Shown here: positions 58,036 through 64,000 of the stretch, piece after piece | How the letters are laid out: the number at the start of each line of letters is the position of its first letter | Numbering within the stretch: the first letter of the stretch is position 1 | Assembly (NCBI GenBank): GCA_963774265.1 | Contig: CAVZDU010000005.1 | Location: forward strand, 352,001 to 416,000 | Reading direction: 5' to 3' | DNA from: an uncultured Chloroflexia bacterium | Lineage (GTDB): Bacteria > Chloroflexota > Anaerolineae > CG2-30-64-16 | DNA: 64,000 nt | Position numbers and translations under genes: made by a program | The notes under the pieces: generated by a model | Database searches by the model: none | Told to the model about the DNA's origin: nothing | What the model saw: the letters and a program-made list of their open reading frames with translations, nothing else

Positions 58036-61000
58036 AGCGCATCCCTTACGTCATCGACAACATCTCGGTCACGCTGGCCGACGTGCTGAACCAGCTTATT
58101 GCGGAGCAGGGCGGCCGGCAGTTAGATATCGCCACGGCCTACTTCAGCGTGCGCGGGTGGGCGCTGCTGCGGGATAATCTGCGGTCGGTGCGCCATTTCC
58201 GCCTGCTGCTGGGCGATCAACCTGCGGCGGGCGACGACATCGGATTGGGACCCGACTCCGCCGCATATCTCCGTCACGAGTTGAACGCGGAGCCGCTGAG
58301 CGAGGCGACGCGGCGGCTGGTGGAGGAGTTGGTGCGCTTCCTGCACCGCGAGAGTGTGGAGGTGCGGCTGTATTTGGGGTATGAGCCCGGGGAAAACGAG
58401 CGGCGGCGTTTCCTGCACGCCAAGTGCTACCTGCTGTACGGCGATACACATGGCCGGACGTCGCTCATCACGCACCTGAACCCCCTGATCGGCATCGTGG
58501 GGTCGAGCAATTTCACCGCGCCCGGCCTCGTTTCCAACCGCGAGCTCAACCTGGTGCACAAGACGCTGCTCGCGCCCGACGAGGTGGAGGACCCGCTGGC
58601 GGCCGCGGCCGTGACTCGCCAGGGCCAGCACCGCGTCGATGGACACGTGCTGCCCGAAAACCGGCAACTGATGAAGAGCGAAGTCGGTGCGCGCGCCATC
58701 CTCGATCTGGTCGAGTGGTACGACGACCAGTGGCGGCTGGCGGAGGATTTCAAGGATCGGCTGATCGAGATGCTGGAGAACTCGAAGTTCGGCGGCCGGG
58801 AGTACACCCCGTACGAGATCTACATGAAGGCGCTCTTCGAGTACTTCCGCGATGACCTGGAAGGCGAGGCGCCGCAGGCCGCGACCCGTTCGGCCGTGGA
58901 GCTGTCGGAGTTTCAGGACGATGCGGTCAAGAAGGCGCGGCGCATCCTGGCGCGCTACGATGGCGTCCTGGTCGCGGACTCGGTGGGGCTGGGCAAGACG
59001 TGGATCGGCAAGAAGCTGCTGGAGGATTTCGCCTATCATCAGCGGCAGAAGGCGCTCGTCATCTGCCCCGCGTCACTGCGTCTCATGTGGGAGCACGAGC
59101 TGCAGTCGGCCACGATCTCGGCAGCCGTTCTCTCGCAGGAAGAGCTCGGCCAGGAGGACTTCGATCTGCGGCGGCTGGCCGACGTGGATGTCGTGCTGGT
59201 CGACGAGGCGCACAACTTCCGAAACCGGCGCACCGCGCGCTATGCAGCCCTTGAGCAGTTGCTGGCCCTCAACGGCCGCCGGGGGCGGAGCGGGGGCCGT
59301 AAGAAGCTGATCCTGCTGACTGCCACGCCGATCAACAACAACATCTTCGACCTCTACAACCAGATCAACCTGTTTGCAGGCAACGACCGGACCTACTTCG
59401 CGAGCGCGGGCATCGGCGATCTGTACAAGTATTTCCTGGCCGCCCGGCGCGATTCGATCGAGCAGGGCAGCGTGCGCATCTTCAACCTGCTCGAAGAAGT
59501 CGTCGTCCGCCGCACGCGCCAGTTCATCCGCAAGGCCTATCCCGAGGCGACCATCGGCGGCAAGCGCATCCACTGGCCCGAGCGGCGGCTGCGCACGGTA
59601 CGCTACGACCTGGAGGCGACTTACGAGGGGCTCTATCGGGAGGTCGTGCCGCGATATCGAGGCGCTGCACCTGCCGCACTACAACCTGGAGTCGTACAAG
59701 GCGGATCAGCAGAAACAGGATGACTTCGAGCTGGGTCGGCAGGAGGCGCTGGTCGGCATCTTCAAGAGCCGGTTCCTAAAGCGACTCGAGTCGAGCATCG
59801 ACGCGTTTCGCATCTCGATCCGTCGCGCGCTGGAGTTCGTCAAGACGTTTGACGAATACGTGCAGGAAGGCGTTATCCTGGACGCCGCCTCGTTCCAGGC
59901 CGCCATGCGGTTGGTCGCTGCAGATGAGGAAGACGCTGATGGCGGCTCGAACGGCCACGTGCCCGGCTCGCAGGCCGAGCGGATCGATGAAGTCGCCGAA
60001 GCGCGGGCCATCATCGAGAGCCTCCCGCGGCTCGACCCCACGAAATACGACCGCCGGCAGCTGCACCGCGACCTGACCAGCGACATCGAGACGCTCGACC
60101 GACATCTGGTACAAGGTCCGCGACATCACCTACGTAGCAAGACGACAAGCTGGCCGCGTTCAAGGCGCTGCTCCAGGCGGAGCTGCGCAGGGCAAGAAAG
60201 TGCTGGTCTTCACCTACTACAAGGACACGGCGCGTTATCTCTATCGCGCGCTGACCGACGGCGGAGAGGCGCGGCTGGCGCGAGGCCGCGGGCGATCCGC
60301 ACGATCCGCCGCATCGACAGCGGCGCCGATCCGACGGGACCGGGTGCGGCTGATCGAGGCGTTCGCGCCACGTGCCAACAACCGGCCGGAGCTCGCGGGC
60401 AGCGACCGGGAGATCGACATCCTGATCTCGACCGACGTGCTCTCCGAAGGCCAGAACCTGCAGGACTGCGGCTACCTGCTCAACTACGACCTGCACTGGA
60501 ACCCGACGCGCATGGTGCAGCGCGCCGGGCCGCATCGATCGCCTCGGGCCCGAATTCGACACGCTCTCGATCTACAACATGTTCCCCGAGGAGGGGCTGG
60601 AGGACCTGCTCGGTCTCGTCGCGCAGCCTGACGGCCAAGATCGACGTGATCAACCAGACCGGCTTCCTCGATGCCAGCGTGCTGGGCGAGGTGGTCACCC
60701 CGCGCGACTTCAACACGCTCCGCCGCATCGCGGAGGAGGACAACACGGTGATCGAGGAGCAGGAATCTTTCCTCGAGCTGGCGAGCAGCGAAGCCATGCT
60801 GGCCGAGTTGCAGCGGGTGCTGGCGACCGAGGCCGCGCGTTGGGTGACCGACCTGGACGATGGGATTCATTCAGGGCTCGCGCCGGGAAGGTGCGCGGGG
60901 TGTCTTCTTCTATTTCAAGGCCCGCCGCGGCAACGGCAGCACATCCCACTTCTGGCGTTACTACGATCTGCGGCGACGAGAGATCATCGACAACCGCTAT

Positions 61001-61465
61001 CAGATCGTGCAACTCATCGCCTGCACGCCGGAGACGCCGCGCCATCCGCCGCCCTACGACGAGGTCGACATCTACGATGTACAGGGCCGCGTGCTTGCCG
61101 ACATCGTAGGTCAGGCCGAGGAGCAGCAAGGCGCCGCGTTGGTGGCCAAGCCGGTGGCGGAGGAGCAGATGACCGCCTCCCACATCTTGCGCGAGCATCT
61201 CAACGATTCGACCTTGGATCGCAACGAGGTGCGAGAGCTCCGCAAGTTCTTGAAAGAACCACTGGTGGGCGCGTCGGTCCAGGAGCTGCGCCGCGCGTTG
61301 AAGGCCTTCACTGCCACGTCAGATGTCCTGCCGCTCGTGACGACCGTGCGTGAGATCGCCAGGGAGCAGAGCGTGATGCGGGAGGAAGCGTCTGCCTATG
61401 GCACGGCAAGGGGCCTGCGTCGCGAGGATTTGCATCTGGTTTGTTACGAGTATATCTGCACGTGA
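58032..61465 (+). CDS. Phospholipase D-like nuclease / SNF2-type helicase fusion (several frameshifts)
   Basis: IATAYFS, LHAKCY, GSSNFT..G...NRELN; ADSVGLGKT, DEAHNFRN, LTATP, LKRLESS, STDVLSEGQNLQ, NYDLHWNP.RMVQR.GRIDR. Confidence 0.88.
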
Positions 61466-61503
61466 AATTCGGGGAACCCGATGCGCTGTGTCCCCCCGAT
61501 AAA

Positions 61504-61531
61504 GCAGGGGCGACCGGCCGGTCGCCCCTGC
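61504..61531. repeat. REP-like perfect palindrome between convergent genes
   Basis: GCAGGGGCGACCGGCCGGTCGCCCCTGC, same core as 6206-6233. Confidence 0.75.
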
Positions 61532-61549
61532 TCCATGGGTCCGCCGGCT

Positions 61550-61786
61550 CTACCCACCACCCACCGCCGTAAAGAACTCGACCGTATCCCCGTCCCCGGC
61601 GACGCTCGTCTCAAGGTCGACCGCGCGACGGTTCACTGTTGCGACGGCGATCTCCGCGGCCGGGATGCCCAACTTGCGCACCAACTCGAGCAGGGTGATC
61701 GGCCCCGGCTGGGGCAGCTCCAGCCAGGGCCGTTTCTGGGGATCGTACCAGCTCAGGTGGCCGCCGAGATGGACCCGCATCGTCAC
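61550..61786 (-). CDS. MoaD/ThiS-family sulfur carrier
   Basis: Ubiquitin-like size, ..DGDTVEFFTAVGGG C-terminal GG; follows the AOR gene. Confidence 0.85.
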   Translation of the reverse strand: MTMRVHLGGHLSWYDPQKRPWLELPQPGPITLLELVRKLGIPAAEIAVATVNRRAVDLETSVAGDGDTVEFFTAVGGG

Positions 61787-61794
61787 TCGCCCCG

Positions 61795-63699
61795 CTACAC
61801 GCCCACCAGGTTAGCGGCCCACTCGAGCTCCAGCTCAGCCAGGCGGCCGCGGGTGGGGACCGTCGTGACCGGGTCCCACCCTTTCCACTGGTACAAGGCC
61901 GTCATGGCCTGCTCGAATTCCTCTCTGGAAATGGCAATGCCCGCCAGCGCGCCGTTTTCCAGTGGCTGGAAGAGGCGCTCGGGCAGCGTGTCATCGCGGC
62001 GGGTGAAGCCCTCGCGCACGTTGAAGAGGCGCGCCAGGTTGGTTGCCCGCTCGCCGATGCGCAAGAGATCCCCGGCGTCGACCTGCCAACCGCTGGCTGC
62101 ACGCACCGCGGTCAAAACATCTTCAACTGGAATGAACGAACGCGGCGTGGGGCCGAAAAAGCAGAGGCCGATGACCTTTTCGAAGCTGGCCCAGTTTTCC
62201 ATCAGCCAGTAGTTGCGAGCCTTCCTGGCGCTGAGCTCCCGGGGCGGCAGCGCCTCGGTGATTCCGAGCGGCTGCGCGCCCTTGAAGCTCAACGAATCGG
62301 GGTTCGCCAGCGCGGGATCGTGCACCGCGGTCAGATGATCGGCGCCTGCTTCGTTGATCGCATAGCCCAACCCCAGCCCCACCTTGCCGCGCGGGTCGTG
62401 CATGGCCAGCTCCTGGCCCTTCACATGCATGGCGAAGAGCGCGGCGCCGCCGCCGATGGTCTCGGCCGCGCGGCGCACGCCCTCGGCCAGCAGGTCGCCG
62501 ATGTGCTCGCGTCGCGCGATCAACTCCACGCACGCGACCATGGCCTCGGCATTCCCGAAGCGCAGATCCAATCCACCCGTTTCCTTTGGGCCGATCAGCC
62601 CGTGCTCGAAACATTCCATGGCGAATGAAATCGCCGAGCTGGCTGAGATCGTATCGATGGTGTAGCGGTTGCAAAGCTCGTTGGCCTTGGCGACCGCCTG
62701 CAGATCGTCGATGCCGCAGTTCGAGCCGAAGCCGGCTACGGTCTCGTATTCCGGGCCGCCGTACGAGTCGCTGACCTGGTATCGGTCGTTTACCTTGACC
62801 TCGCGCTTGCAGCGCACCGCGCAGGCGTAGCAGCTGCGCCGGCCGCTGAGCAGTTCTTTCTCGTACGTCTCCCACCGCAGGCCATCGACGCCTTCGAACG
62901 CACCCTGCCGGAAATTGCGCGTGGGCAGGATGCCGGCCGCGTTGAGGCCCGCGGTGAGGCCCGGCGTGCCGCGCACCTGCAAATCCCAGCTGCTGGGATG
63001 CTCTTTGACCGCCTTCGCGAGGCGCCGGCCCAGGTCGCCGAGGGGCGGCGCTTCGTGGGCTGCGTCGAGGTACTTGCCCGAACCGCGCACTGCGACCGCC
63101 TTTACCTGTTTGGAACCCATTACCGCGCCCAAGCCCGACCGGCCGTTGAAGTGCCGCAGCTCGTTGGTCAAGGCGCCGTAGCGCACCAGGTTTTCCGCGC
63201 CGAGGCCGATCTGCAGCACCCGGGTCAGCTTCTCCTCTGTCTCCTGCCGGATCGTGGTCTGGACCTCTTCGGGGTCATGGCGCCACAGATGCCGGGCATC
63301 CCGAATCTCGACCAGGTCGTCCTTGATCCACAGGTAGACCGGATCGGCCGAGCGGCCGGTCATGACGATCGCTTCCCAGCCCGCCAGCTTCAGCTCGGGG
63401 CCCCAGAAGCCGCCCGCCTCCGATTCGCCGAAACCGCCGGTGAGCGGCGAGCGGGCGACTGCTGAGAAGCGCGTTGCGGTCGAGAATGGGGCGCCGGTCA
63501 GCAGCCCATTGGCCAGGATCAGGATGTTGTCCGGTCCAAGGGGATCCACGCCGGGGTCCAGCTCTCGGAGCAGGATGGCCGCAGCGAGCGCCTTGCCGCC
63601 GGGATAGAGATGATAGAACTCCTCGCTCAGCGACTCCGTCCAGGCCTTGTGGTTTGTCAGATCGACCCGCAGAGTCTTGCCGGAATATCCGTATCTCAT
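61795..63699 (-). CDS. Aldehyde:ferredoxin oxidoreductase family (tungsto-pterin enzyme)
   Basis: LRVDLT, RSPLTG, GRSGLGAVMGSK..KA, C.AC.VRC, GPEYET, KGQEL.MHDPR, DDTLP.R. Confidence 0.93.
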   Translation of the reverse strand: MRYGYSGKTLRVDLTNHKAWTESLSEEFYHLYPGGKALAAAILLRELDPGVDPLGPDNILILANGLLTGAPFSTATRFSAVARSPLTGGFGESEAGGFWGPELKLAGWEAIVMTGRSADPVYLWIKDDLVEIRDARHLWRHDPEEVQTTIRQETEEKLTRVLQIGLGAENLVRYGALTNELRHFNGRSGLGAVMGSKQVKAVAVRGSGKYLDAAHEAPPLGDLGRRLAKAVKEHPSSWDLQVRGTPGLTAGLNAAGILPTRNFRQGAFEGVDGLRWETYEKELLSGRRSCYACAVRCKREVKVNDRYQVSDSYGGPEYETVAGFGSNCGIDDLQAVAKANELCNRYTIDTISASSAISFAMECFEHGLIGPKETGGLDLRFGNAEAMVACVELIARREHIGDLLAEGVRRAAETIGGGAALFAMHVKGQELAMHDPRGKVGLGLGYAINEAGADHLTAVHDPALANPDSLSFKGAQPLGITEALPPRELSARKARNYWLMENWASFEKVIGLCFFGPTPRSFIPVEDVLTAVRAASGWQVDAGDLLRIGERATNLARLFNVREGFTRRDDTLPERLFQPLENGALAGIAISREEFEQAMTALYQWKGWDPVTTVPTRGRLAELELEWAANLVGV

Positions 63700-63834
63700 C
63701 GACAGCCTCAACCTTTACGATCGTAACAGCGGAATTGTGGCGTTGGCCCAGGGCATCACCCCGATGGCTGAAGCACACTCGGACATCATTTGTGACTTAC
63801 TTGCAGCAGTCTTGCCGTACAGGCTGTGGCGCGA

Positions 63835-63905
63835 AATAGCAGCAAGCCTGTCAGGTCCACGTCGATATGCTCGGACATGGTTGCGACGGTCAGCGGATTG
63901 GACGA
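63835..63905 (-). pseudogene. Possible remnant of a UxaA/SuyB-family dehydratase C-terminus
   Basis: Short peptide SNPLTVATMSEHIDVDLTGLL resembles, from memory, the NPxTxxxMxEHIDVDxxGLL motif of that family; flanks do not continue. Confidence 0.3.
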
Positions 63906-64000
63906 CCTGGCCCACCTCACCGGCGGTCGCCCTGTGGTGAGCCAGGCCGGCTCTGAGCCTGAGCATCTCACTGCAGTGGATTTTGGCCGGGCGCGCATCC

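Noticed and set aside
57588-59723. 711-aa ORF suggesting a novel PIN-PLD-helicase fusion
   Set aside because: One indel near 57965 explains it. The +1 frame gives a normal PIN C-terminus ending at 58035, overlapping a GTG start at 58032 (MKRIPYVIDN).
2042-61465. Many frameshifted genes (SulP, glpX, CHAT-STAND, ABC ATPase, RM, helicase) read as pseudogenes or programmed frameshifts
   Set aside because: The indels are scattered in GC-rich runs, hit unrelated genes, leave motifs intact and show no slippery-site pattern. Long-read consensus error is the most likely cause; reads are needed to confirm.
61550-63699. Ubiquitin-like protein next to the defence island as a bacterial ubiquitination system
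   Set aside because: It is on the opposite strand and co-oriented with AOR, a common pterin-cofactor pairing. No E1/E2/JAB genes are present.

Overview
High-GC bacterial DNA. Gene content (secreted proteins ending in a YLPxxxK/R tail, FxLYD lipoproteins, tungsten AOR, membrane-bound STAND regulator) suggests Chloroflexota/Anaerolineae; this is inference. Many conserved genes carry single-base frameshifts that look like long-read consensus errors. The main signal is a ~26 kb locus (13.7-39.6 kb). It contains an ECF sigma factor, a soluble double-zinc-finger anti-sigma, and an NLR-like protein (N-terminal CHAT caspase-like protease with intact His/Cys dyad, degenerate cyclase, STAND ATPase, TPRs), followed by two large secreted beta-helix proteins, one with a gingipain-type protease domain. 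Facing away from these are four surface or membrane proteins. Three copies of a promoter-like motif YGTAAC-N17-CTCTTT sit upstream of the transcription units of this locus, pointing to a protease-gated sigma regulon. Other notable items: a 33-bp palindrome inserted in frame into two proteins; a membrane-spanning HTH-STAND-WD40-BMP regulator divergent from a small secreted repeat protein; a nested IS-in-IS with both target duplications intact; and a defence island (Type IIG RM with a C-terminal HEPN-like domain, Phd/PIN TA pair, PLD-SNF2 helicase). No rRNA, tRNA or CRISPR array was seen.
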